Shown here: positions 19,072 to 26,909 of the stretch, one piece after another | How the letters are laid out: every line of letters begins with the position of its first letter | How positions within the stretch are numbered: position 1 is the stretch's first letter | Assembly (NCBI GenBank): GCA_002478945.1 | Contig: DLKM01000001.1 | Coordinates: forward strand, 81,385-145,384 | Source: Christensenella sp. UBA7588 | Lineage (GTDB): Bacteria; Bacillota; Clostridia; Christensenellales; CAG-917 | Reading direction: 5' to 3' | Length of the DNA stretch: 64,000 nt | Position numbers and translations under genes: made by a program | Notes under the pieces: model-generated | Databases searched by the model: none | Told to the model about the DNA's origin: nothing | What the model saw: the letters and a program-made list of their open reading frames with translations, nothing else

Positions 19072-19231
19072 GAAAAAAGAATTAGATCAAGCTTTATTGG
19101 GGAAACTGGAGTTCAAAATCTTTAAAATTGAACATGAGAATCACAAGACAAGAAAGCTAACTGATAACGAGATGATCCAACGCATCAGAAAAATCATTGA
19201 TGAGTACGTTAGAATGGAGGATGAGCAATGA
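19055..19231 (+). CDS. Small charged protein (58 aa), function unknown, translationally coupled on both sides
   Basis: AGGAG (19044-19048) lies 6 nt before ATG 19055. The ORF overlaps the helicase stop (19071) and the next gene by 4 nt. Sequence MSELNEKKELDQALLGKLEFKIFKIEHENHKTRKLTDNEMIQRIRKIIDEYVRMEDEQ looks helical. Confidence 0.5.
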   Translation: MSELNEKKELDQALLGKLEFKIFKIEHENHKTRKLTDNEMIQRIRKIIDEYVRMEDEQ

Positions 19232-21243
19232 TAATAAAGTCAATTACACTGCAAAATTTTCGTCAATATAAAAATGAAAACACTATCAAGTTTTCGACTG
19301 ATCCCAATAAAAATGTTACTCTTGTATTGGGCGTAAATACCAGCGGAAAAACAACTATCGTTCAGGCATTTAATTGGTGCTTGTATGAAACAACCAATTT
19401 TAAGTCTCGTGATATGTTGCTTAATTCAGAAGTAGCATCTTCTCTTCCTGAAAACGGATATGCTATAGTTCGTGTGCAAATTGTTCTTGAACACGAGGAC
19501 AAGGAATACACTATTGTTCGCGCTCAGCGCTTTTCAAGAGTACCACAGAGTAATAGGGTTAGAGGCGAGAGGACTTCTCTATCTGTTTCTTTCAAAGAGT
19601 CTAATGGCAACAGTTTTCCCATTATGGCATACGAATGCCAGAATACCATCAATAAGATTCTCCCCGCGGGATTGTCGGATTATTTCTTTTTTGATGGAGA
19701 AAGAATACAAGATATTAACAATAAAAAAGACGTTGTGTCGGCGGTTCGTGGCTTGATGGGACTAGATGTCGCAAAGGTTGCAGTAGATCATTTGGACCCA
19801 AATAAATCTTCTTCAGTTATTAGAAAATTACAATCTGAATTGCGCGGAAATAGCGATTCTGAAACAAAGAAATATCAAGAGGATTTAGAACGATATATTT
19901 CCAAGCTTGAAGATTGTAAAAACAGATTATTACAGATTGAGTCGGAGATTGCTTATGCAAAGTGTGAAAGAGAAAGACTTTCTGAGATCCTTAGAGGAAC
20001 CGAAAATGTGAGAACGTTACAAAATCAACGCGACAAACTAACCATAAGCAAAAGCGGCGCTGAATATAGAATAAATGAGTCACAAGAGCGTTTTTTGTCT
20101 GATTTTAATCGCGACTATTATTCTTTCTTCATACAACCGTTATTGGGGAAAGCGCAAAAAGTTTTGGCAGCTTCAAACAAACAAATAGATGGTATACCCG
20201 AGATGAATGCAAAGGCAATAGATTATATTCTAAAACGTGGAAGATGCATTTGCGGTTGTGATTTAACTAAGAATCAAGGCGCAATTGAGAATATAGAGTA
20301 TGAAAAAAGTCTTTTGCCACCTCAACATATTGGCACAATGGTGCGTTCTTTTAAGGAAACCTGTAATTTGCTTGCTTCTCAGGAGGCAAGCGCAGCACTT
20401 AATGAAACTATTAGTTCAGATTATATTAGCATTCGAAGAGACCAAAGAAGACTTGGTGAAATTGTCGACGAACTAAAATCTATAAGTGCGCAAATAATGG
20501 AATTGGGCTCTGTTAACACATCACAAATAGAAGCTGACTATAATGCTAACGAGCATACTCTTGAGAATAAGATTAAACAGTATGGCAATACCGAATCAGA
20601 CATCGAAGCCTTGAAAAAGAAAATTGAAGATACAAATAAACTTATTGATAGCCTTTCTGCGCAATGCGAACACAATGCTCTATTAAGAAGAGAAATCGAA
20701 TATGCGACGGCTGTTTATAAGTGGTTTAAAGATACTTATGACCAACAAGAAGTTGAAGTAAAACAAGATTTACTGGAAAGTGTGAATAAGATCTTTAAAA
20801 AAATGTACCATGGAACAAGACAAATAACGATTGACGACAATTATCATATACAATTGATAACTAGTGTAGGCGATGAAAAAATAAATACAGACGAGTCAAA
20901 AGGATTAGAGGCAGTAAAGAATTTTTCTTTCATCACCGGTCTTGTAGAGTTGGCTCGTAATAGGGCCCGTTTAGTTGAAAAGTCACCATTCCCAAACGAG
21001 CCAGATATTCATACCACAGAACCATATCCCATAGTTATGGATGCACCGTTTTCAAATGTTGACGAAATACATATAAACAACATTTCTAGTATATTGCCTG
21101 AAATCGCGGAACAAGTTATACTTATAGTAATGAAGAAAGACTGGGCTTATGCGGAAAAAACTATGGGTTACAGAGTTGGTGCAAGTTACTATATTGAAAA
21201 AGTAAATAACTCCGATACTTATTCGGCAATAAGGAGGGTGTAA
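19228..21243 (+). CDS. DndD-like SMC/ABC-type ATPase with coiled coil and Cys-x-Cys hook
   Basis: N-terminus MIIKSITLQNFRQYKNENTIKF...VLGVNTSGKTTIVQAF (Walker A). Long coiled-coil middle containing RGRCICGCDL. C-terminal Walker B PIVMDAPFSNVD. Confidence 0.75.
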   Translation: MIIKSITLQNFRQYKNENTIKFSTDPNKNVTLVLGVNTSGKTTIVQAFNWCLYETTNFKSRDMLLNSEVASSLPENGYAIVRVQIVLEHEDKEYTIVRAQRFSRVPQSNRVRGERTSLSVSFKESNGNSFPIMAYECQNTINKILPAGLSDYFFFDGERIQDINNKKDVVSAVRGLMGLDVAKVAVDHLDPNKSSSVIRKLQSELRGNSDSETKKYQEDLERYISKLEDCKNRLLQIESEIAYAKCERERLSEILRGTENVRTLQNQRDKLTISKSGAEYRINESQERFLSDFNRDYYSFFIQPLLGKAQKVLAASNKQIDGIPEMNAKAIDYILKRGRCICGCDLTKNQGAIENIEYEKSLLPPQHIGTMVRSFKETCNLLASQEASAALNETISSDYISIRRDQRRLGEIVDELKSISAQIMELGSVNTSQIEADYNANEHTLENKIKQYGNTESDIEALKKKIEDTNKLIDSLSAQCEHNALLRREIEYATAVYKWFKDTYDQQEVEVKQDLLESVNKIFKKMYHGTRQITIDDNYHIQLITSVGDEKINTDESKGLEAVKNFSFITGLVELARNRARLVEKSPFPNEPDIHTTEPYPIVMDAPFSNVDEIHINNISSILPEIAEQVILIVMKKDWAYAEKTMGYRVGASYYIEKVNNSDTYSAIRRV

Positions 21244-21245
21244 CA

Positions 21246-21758
21246 ATGTTTGATGGCGAGATTAAATTATCAGGAAAGCATGCTTCATATTTAAAGTTTT
21301 TATCTGCAAAAACGCTGCAACTAAATAAATCAGCTCCATGCGCTGCTGTTCTTAGACGGCATGTAGATGTTTATATTGCTGGAGTTGCTATCGGATTGGC
21401 AAAAAAATTAAAAACCCAAACGGACAATTCAATAGCTGATACAGCAACTATCTTTGCTGATGCAGTTATTAGCGAACAGGAAAAATTAAAAGTACTATAT
21501 AGGATAATGCAACTTATTAATGATTCGTCATTATCTGCCGAGGATAGAATAGATTTGGCTTTTCGATACGATACTGATGCTGAATATGTAAAAAAGGGAA
21601 TGGAACTGTTTAACAGCTATGCCCGAGGCGGTATTCAATGGTTATATGATGAAATAACTGAAAATGCCACAACCAAAGAGGATTACATTGAAAATATAGC
21701 CGAAATGATTGATAATTATTATCAAGATTACAATGATTCGTTTGCCAATCAAATGTAA
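21246..21758 (+). CDS. Hypothetical 170-aa protein (position and a weak N-terminal pattern suggest a DndE-like partner of the SMC ATPase)
   Basis: Starts 3 nt after the DndD-like gene. IKLSGKHASYLKFLSAKTLQLNKSAPCAAVLRR loosely recalls the DndE N-terminal pattern (..LS.k....L..LK..TG...N...R). It is longer than the DndE proteins I remember, and the call is unverified. Confidence 0.3.
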   Translation: MFDGEIKLSGKHASYLKFLSAKTLQLNKSAPCAAVLRRHVDVYIAGVAIGLAKKLKTQTDNSIADTATIFADAVISEQEKLKVLYRIMQLINDSSLSAEDRIDLAFRYDTDAEYVKKGMELFNSYARGGIQWLYDEITENATTKEDYIENIAEMIDNYYQDYNDSFANQM

Positions 21759-21771
21759 CTAAGAGGTAATT

Positions 21772-22308
21772 ATGTTAGATACTTCGATGATGGATGTGAT
21801 TTCAGGATTTAATGCAAGAAAAATACTACTTGAATTACCATCACATCTTTGGCACAAAATAGATGAAGATGTTTTGGATATAGTCAAAAAAGCAGAATGG
21901 AAATCATTTAAATTTTTTGATGGGGTTCAACGCAGTTCAGAAATAAAAAGAATAAATAACAAAAGCGGGGGAATATATCTTTTCTATATTTCCCCAGAAA
22001 TAATTCCTCAAAATCACCGAATAGTTATGTATATAGGAAGAGCGCGCTATACAAATAATCAAAATCTACGAAAAAGGATAACGGAGTATTATGGCTACGT
22101 TGCGCCTAACTATGATAGGCCTAAAATCACCACCATGTTTCAACAATGGAGCGAAGATGTGTACTGTAGTTATTTAGAGCTTGACTGTTCAAACGAAACA
22201 ATAGATTTGATTGAAAAAGAACTAATTAATAAACTCTTACCATATTGCAATGATGCAATCCCCGACAAGAAAATACAAAAAGCGGTTAAAGCCGCTGGAC
22301 TACAATAG
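21772..22308 (+). CDS. GIY-YIG domain nuclease
   Basis: GGIYLFY ... VMYIGRARYTNNQNLRKRITEY ... IEKELINKLLPYCN gives the GIY, YIG, Arg, Glu and Asn positions of the GIY-YIG fold. Confidence 0.65.
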   Translation: MLDTSMMDVISGFNARKILLELPSHLWHKIDEDVLDIVKKAEWKSFKFFDGVQRSSEIKRINNKSGGIYLFYISPEIIPQNHRIVMYIGRARYTNNQNLRKRITEYYGYVAPNYDRPKITTMFQQWSEDVYCSYLELDCSNETIDLIEKELINKLLPYCNDAIPDKKIQKAVKAAGLQ

Positions 22309-22323
22309 TTTGGAGATATTAAA

Positions 22324-23598
22324 ATGAATAAAATTGCATTTAGAGAAAACTCAGGCAACTGGATATATTATTTAACATGGCTGACTTATAAAGAAGTAAG
22401 TCTATATGTTAAAAAAGTTGATAAAGAATTACATCAATCAAACTCACTAAATAATATGATTCAAAGAAGTTTGACCGATAACGTAAAACGCATAGCGGCA
22501 TATATAGAAAAACAGCCAGAGCATTTCTTTAACGCCTTAGTATTAGCAGTATATGACGGAGATCCACAATGGCGTGAAATTGAACTAGAGTATGGTGATG
22601 AAGAAAAGTATAATTTAGGCATTTTGGAACTAAGCGGAAAAGAAAGCATATTCCCCGTTGATGGACAACATCGAGTTGAAGGAATAAAGGAAGTCTTACA
22701 AAAAAATCAGGATGGAAAGTTTGATAACGAAACTATTCCCGTAATATTAATTGGTCATAAAAATACGGAACAAGGTATGCAGCGAACTCGTAGGTTGTTT
22801 AGCACATTAAATAGATATGCCAAACCGGTAACGCTAAATGATATTATTGCTTTGGATGAAGATGATATTATTGCCATAGCAACGAGGCACCTCATTGAAA
22901 CCAATGAACTTTTCCATGAAGAAAGGTTGAACAATCACAAACAAAAAGCAATCCCAGATAAGGATAAAGTTGCATTTACAAATATCATTTCATTATACGA
23001 ATGCAATACAGAATTGTTAAAATACTTTTTGAAAGACAAACAAGTATTTTTTGACGGAAAAGAATTAAAAGGAAAGAGAAAAATTGATGAATACTGTCGC
23101 GTGAGACCAGATGAAGAAGAGATAAACACATTCTTATGTTTTGTCGATAAATATTGGTCAGATTTTTCGAAAAATCTTGATGTAATTAAACAGTATTTGG
23201 CAACAAAAGTTAATGAACAACCAGCATTAACGTATCGGAACAAAAATGGTGGGAATCTGTTGTTTAGACCTATAGGTCAGAAGCCGTTTGTTTTGTGTGC
23301 ATTAGATTTGTACGATAAAAATCATGATATGGAAGCAACTATGCAAACAATGAACATGCTTAATCTTGAAATGGATTCTGAATTATGGAAATTCATAGTT
23401 TGGAATCCTATAAACAAAAAAATGATTACATCATCAAATGGAACGCTAATAGAATATTTATTGAAGTATTTTACAGGTGCTGAATTATCGGATAAAGAAC
23501 TTTTGAAAATGAAAGAAGATTTCAAGAGCATGAAAAGTAATGAGGCCTTGACAGATGATGAAATATGTGAAATATTAAGTCATTATAAAATTTATTGA
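22324..23598 (+). CDS. DGQHR-domain protein (DndB-like, ParB-fold)
   Basis: Literal motif FPVDGQHRVEGIKEVL. The earlier FFNALVLAVYDGDP block and the 424-aa size fit the DndB/DGQHR family. Confidence 0.75.
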   Translation: MNKIAFRENSGNWIYYLTWLTYKEVSLYVKKVDKELHQSNSLNNMIQRSLTDNVKRIAAYIEKQPEHFFNALVLAVYDGDPQWREIELEYGDEEKYNLGILELSGKESIFPVDGQHRVEGIKEVLQKNQDGKFDNETIPVILIGHKNTEQGMQRTRRLFSTLNRYAKPVTLNDIIALDEDDIIAIATRHLIETNELFHEERLNNHKQKAIPDKDKVAFTNIISLYECNTELLKYFLKDKQVFFDGKELKGKRKIDEYCRVRPDEEEINTFLCFVDKYWSDFSKNLDVIKQYLATKVNEQPALTYRNKNGGNLLFRPIGQKPFVLCALDLYDKNHDMEATMQTMNMLNLEMDSELWKFIVWNPINKKMITSSNGTLIEYLLKYFTGAELSDKELLKMKEDFKSMKSNEALTDDEICEILSHYKIY

Positions 23599-23608
23599 AT
23601 TAAAAGTT

Positions 23609-23645
23609 AAGCCGAGAGAAATTTATAAATTGTTCTCTCGGCTTT
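23609..23645 (+). terminator. Hairpin ending the island operon
   Basis: AAGCCGAGAGAA (23609-23620) pairs with TTCTCTCGGCTT (23633-23644), 10 nt after the last stop codon. The T-run is short. Confidence 0.5.
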
Positions 23646-23837
23646 AGTTAGATTGCAAATTTTAATCTAACGGTTTATTTGTTAGGGATATATTCTATCT
23701 TCCCTACTTTTATGACTTTTTAACTCGTCTGTCTATAATACGTTCTAAAAGCTTTAGATACCTTCTGCTTAAAATAAAATCTGGTTATAGCAATATTTTT
23801 GATTTATCAAAAATACGATTGATTGCTTAGTAAATAA

Positions 23838-23899
23838 GCGGTACATCTACCTACTCCGCCCATTCGGTGCGGCTATGCCCCACGGTCATATTGCACGCT
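23838..23899 (+). repeat. Right copy of the 62-bp imperfect direct repeat flanking island 1
   Basis: See 8739-8800. The AT-rich sequence ends here and core-like composition resumes. Confidence 0.8.
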
Positions 23900-24072
23900 A
23901 TTTGATAAAAGCGATGTCATTTTATAAACTCGCTTAACTTGACAAATCTTGCGGTTGGACTAATAATGTACCTATATATGCTAATATACTTGAAATTTGA
24001 ATCGAAGAATCCGAATCGAACGACAAACGGACGAAACGGAATTCTTCTAAATCTATAAAAGGAGAACGGATT

Positions 24073-25491
24073 ATGTTTGAAAAACTTGATAAAATCAAGC
24101 CTGCGCTCAAAAAACTCATCGCCGAACTCGACAAGACGTACGCCTATGCGTCCGTGCTGGCGGTTGAGGACGAAAATCGCGGTTGGAGAATAAGCCGCAC
24201 GGGCAAAAGGATAAACAACAAGGGTCTGGGCGGTGGCTCGGGCTACGTCGTGAGAGTATTTGACGAAACGGGTTGTGCGGAATATTCCTTCAACGAGTTT
24301 TCCGAGGACAAAATTCCCGAAATCGTAAAAACGATGAGCGAGCGCATAGCGCAAGAGGCAAAAAATATCCCGAGCGGAATAACGCCGCTTCCCACCCCTA
24401 TTCCGTGCGACGAACCTGCGGTTCTCAAAAAGGTCGGCGGATACAAAATCAATCCCAAAGAACTCGGCGACGAAGCGATATTGGCACGTCTCGAACAAAT
24501 ACGCAACAAAGCGTTGACGGTGGACGGCGTACTCGACGCAATCGCGACGATTTCGTATAGAGCGTTCAGAAAACTGTTTATATCCAAAAATCGAGACCTC
24601 GACCAAACCGTAATGTACACCAACGGCGCGATTATGGCAATGTCTCAACGCGGAGAGGAAGTTTTGGACGCATACAAAGGCTTCTCCACCCTCGGCGGAG
24701 CGGAGCTTCTTGACGAGATGGACAACTATGCTTTGACGGTAGCCGCCGAAGCGGTTGAGCTTTTGAAAAGCGAACCGATGATTCCCGGAGAATACGACTG
24801 CATTTGCGACCCCGATACCACGGGTATGATAGTCCACGAAGCGTTCGGACACGGCGTTGAAATGGATATGTTCGTAAAAGACAGAGCGCTTGCATCGAAT
24901 TTCATTGACGAGCGAGTCGCAAGCGACCTCGTCACTATGCACGACGGCAATGCGGTTGACGATACCGCAACTTGCTGGTTCGACGACGAAGGCACGTTCA
25001 CGGGAGATACGGTTGTCATTTCAAACGGTATTTTGAAACGCGGTATGTGCGACGCGCTTTCCGCAAGTCGTCTCGGCGTAAAGCCCACGGGCAACGGCAG
25101 ACGCGAAAGTTACGAGCGCAAAGTTTATACCCGTATGACCAACACTTATTTCGAGGGCGCAAAAGAAGGCGTAACTCCCGAAGATATGATTGCTTCGATA
25201 AAATACGGCTTCTTGCTCGAATCTCCCTCAAGCGGTATGGAGGACCCCAAAAACTGGGGTATTCAATGTATGGTCACAAAAGCGAGAGAGATAAAAGACG
25301 GCAAACTTACCGGCAGGATTTTCTCCCCCATCGTGCTTACGGGTTACGTTCCCGATTTGCTCAAATCGGTAAGTATGATGAGTTCTTCCCTCGTCACTTG
25401 CGGCAGCGGTTTTTGCGGAAAAGGCTACAAGGAATGGGTTAAAGTATCCGACGGCGGTCCTTATATGAAGGCTCGCATCAGACTTGGTTGA
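24073..25491 (+). CDS. tldD: TldD-family metalloprotease
   Basis: 472 aa with HEAFGHGVEMD zinc motif and C-terminal GFCGKG...GGPY typical of TldD. Confidence 0.85.
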   Translation: MFEKLDKIKPALKKLIAELDKTYAYASVLAVEDENRGWRISRTGKRINNKGLGGGSGYVVRVFDETGCAEYSFNEFSEDKIPEIVKTMSERIAQEAKNIPSGITPLPTPIPCDEPAVLKKVGGYKINPKELGDEAILARLEQIRNKALTVDGVLDAIATISYRAFRKLFISKNRDLDQTVMYTNGAIMAMSQRGEEVLDAYKGFSTLGGAELLDEMDNYALTVAAEAVELLKSEPMIPGEYDCICDPDTTGMIVHEAFGHGVEMDMFVKDRALASNFIDERVASDLVTMHDGNAVDDTATCWFDDEGTFTGDTVVISNGILKRGMCDALSASRLGVKPTGNGRRESYERKVYTRMTNTYFEGAKEGVTPEDMIASIKYGFLLESPSSGMEDPKNWGIQCMVTKAREIKDGKLTGRIFSPIVLTGYVPDLLKSVSMMSSSLVTCGSGFCGKGYKEWVKVSDGGPYMKARIRLG

Positions 25492-25502
25492 GAGGTGTTA
25501 TT

Positions 25503-26783
25503 ATGATAGAAAAAATCAAAAAAGCATTGACGGAATTAAATATTCAACGCTGGAGAATAAACGAAGTCAAAGAGGAATCGGCGGAGTTGTTTTTCGTCAA
25601 GCACAATCTTGACACGAGACGTATAAAAGACACTCACAAATGCGTCGTTACCGTATCTCGAGAGGGCGAAAAAGACGGCAAAAAACTTGTCGGAGACACG
25701 GGTGCAAACATCAACCCGTCTATGACATACGACGAGATTAAAAAGGAAATTCAAGACGCGTATTTCGCGGCGCAATTTGCAATGAATCCGTATTACGCGC
25801 CGACCGAGAAAGTCGTTTCCGACACCGTTGAAAAACACAACGAACTTGCCACCGCTCCGCTTGCTCAAAGCGCAGGCAAAATGGCTGAAGCCATCTTCTC
25901 TGCGGACACGAACAAGCACGCATACATCAATTCGACCGAAGTGTTTTGTCACAAACTTTATTGTCACATTCTCACTTCCGAAGGTACGGACGTATCGTTT
26001 ACGGACGCGACCTGCAAGGGCGACTACGTCGTACAATGCAAGGCGCCCGACGACGTCGAACTCATCAATCAGTTTGAATACGACGACGTAAATACCGACG
26101 CTCTCAAGCAAGGTGTTAAGGAATATCTCGATTTCGTTTACGACAGAGCCTGCGCTCAAAAAACGCTCAAAAGCGGAAAATACGACGTGATTTTAAGCGG
26201 CAAAAATCTTGCGGAAGTCCTCTCGTATTACACCGAAAAGTCTGCGGCGGATATGATTTATCCGGGATATTCTTCTTGGAAGAAAGACGACGGCGTACAA
26301 GGCAAAGTCGAGGGCGACGCACTCGATTTGACTATGATTGCCACACGTCCGTTCAGCGGCGACGGCATAAAGATGCAAAACCTTGACGTTATCGAAAACG
26401 GCAAACTTCAAGCAATACACGGAAGCACCCCGTTCTGCCGTTATCTCGGCATAGAGCCGACGGGCGTATACGAAAAGATTAAGTGCGCCAACGAAGGCAG
26501 CGTATCCTTTGAAGATATGAAGAAAACGCCCTGCCTTTGGACGGTTGCTTTCTCCGACTTCCAAATGGACACGTTTACGGGACACTTCGGCGGCGAAATT
26601 CGTCTTGCCTACCTCATCGAAAACGGCAAAATCACTCCCGTTACGGGCGGCTCCATAAACGGCAATCTCATAGAAGCGCAACAAAAAATGCTTTTCTCGA
26701 AATACAGATTCGTATCGGCAAACTACGAAGGACCTTACGCCGTCAAGTTCTTTGACGTGCCCGTCGCAGGTACCGCAAACTGA
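25503..26783 (+). CDS. pmbA: PmbA/TldE-family protein (TldD partner)
   Basis: Immediately downstream of tldD. Start moved to ATG 25503 (MIEKIKKAL...), preceded by GAGAGGTG. Size and the C-terminal GG...G pattern fit PmbA/TldE. Confidence 0.75.
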   Translation: MIEKIKKALTELNIQRWRINEVKEESAELFFVKHNLDTRRIKDTHKCVVTVSREGEKDGKKLVGDTGANINPSMTYDEIKKEIQDAYFAAQFAMNPYYAPTEKVVSDTVEKHNELATAPLAQSAGKMAEAIFSADTNKHAYINSTEVFCHKLYCHILTSEGTDVSFTDATCKGDYVVQCKAPDDVELINQFEYDDVNTDALKQGVKEYLDFVYDRACAQKTLKSGKYDVILSGKNLAEVLSYYTEKSAADMIYPGYSSWKKDDGVQGKVEGDALDLTMIATRPFSGDGIKMQNLDVIENGKLQAIHGSTPFCRYLGIEPTGVYEKIKCANEGSVSFEDMKKTPCLWTVAFSDFQMDTFTGHFGGEIRLAYLIENGKITPVTGGSINGNLIEAQQKMLFSKYRFVSANYEGPYAVKFFDVPVAGTAN

Positions 26784-26827
26784 CGCTAAAGCGCTTGCTT
26801 TCAAATCGAAAAATCAACGCGTAAATC

Positions 26828-26860
26828 AAAAAACCTCGCAAAGCAATTTGCGAGGTTTTT
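26828..26860. terminator. Bidirectional terminator between pmbA and the ECF operon
   Basis: AACCTCGCA / TGCGAGGTT stem with flanking A- and T-runs. Confidence 0.6.
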
Positions 26861-26909
26861 ATCTATAAACGACACTTTATATATACAATTCAATCAAATA
26901 AAGTTACTT

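Larger units (their letters stand above)
8670..23899. mobile_element. AT-rich genomic (defence) island between tRNA-Val and tldD; no integrase
   Basis: The base composition visibly drops from about 8860 to 23840. The region is bounded by a 21-nt copy of the tRNA-Val 3' end (8838-8858) and a 62-bp imperfect direct repeat (8739-8800 / 23838-23899). All island genes are on the + strand. Confidence 0.7.

Noticed and set aside
16933-23598. Dpd (7-deazaguanine DNA modification) interpretation, based on the DGQHR protein and helicase.
   Set aside because: No tRNA-guanine transglycosylase-like DpdA gene and no preQ0/queuosine synthesis genes were seen. The sulfur-mobilising genes point to phosphorothioation.
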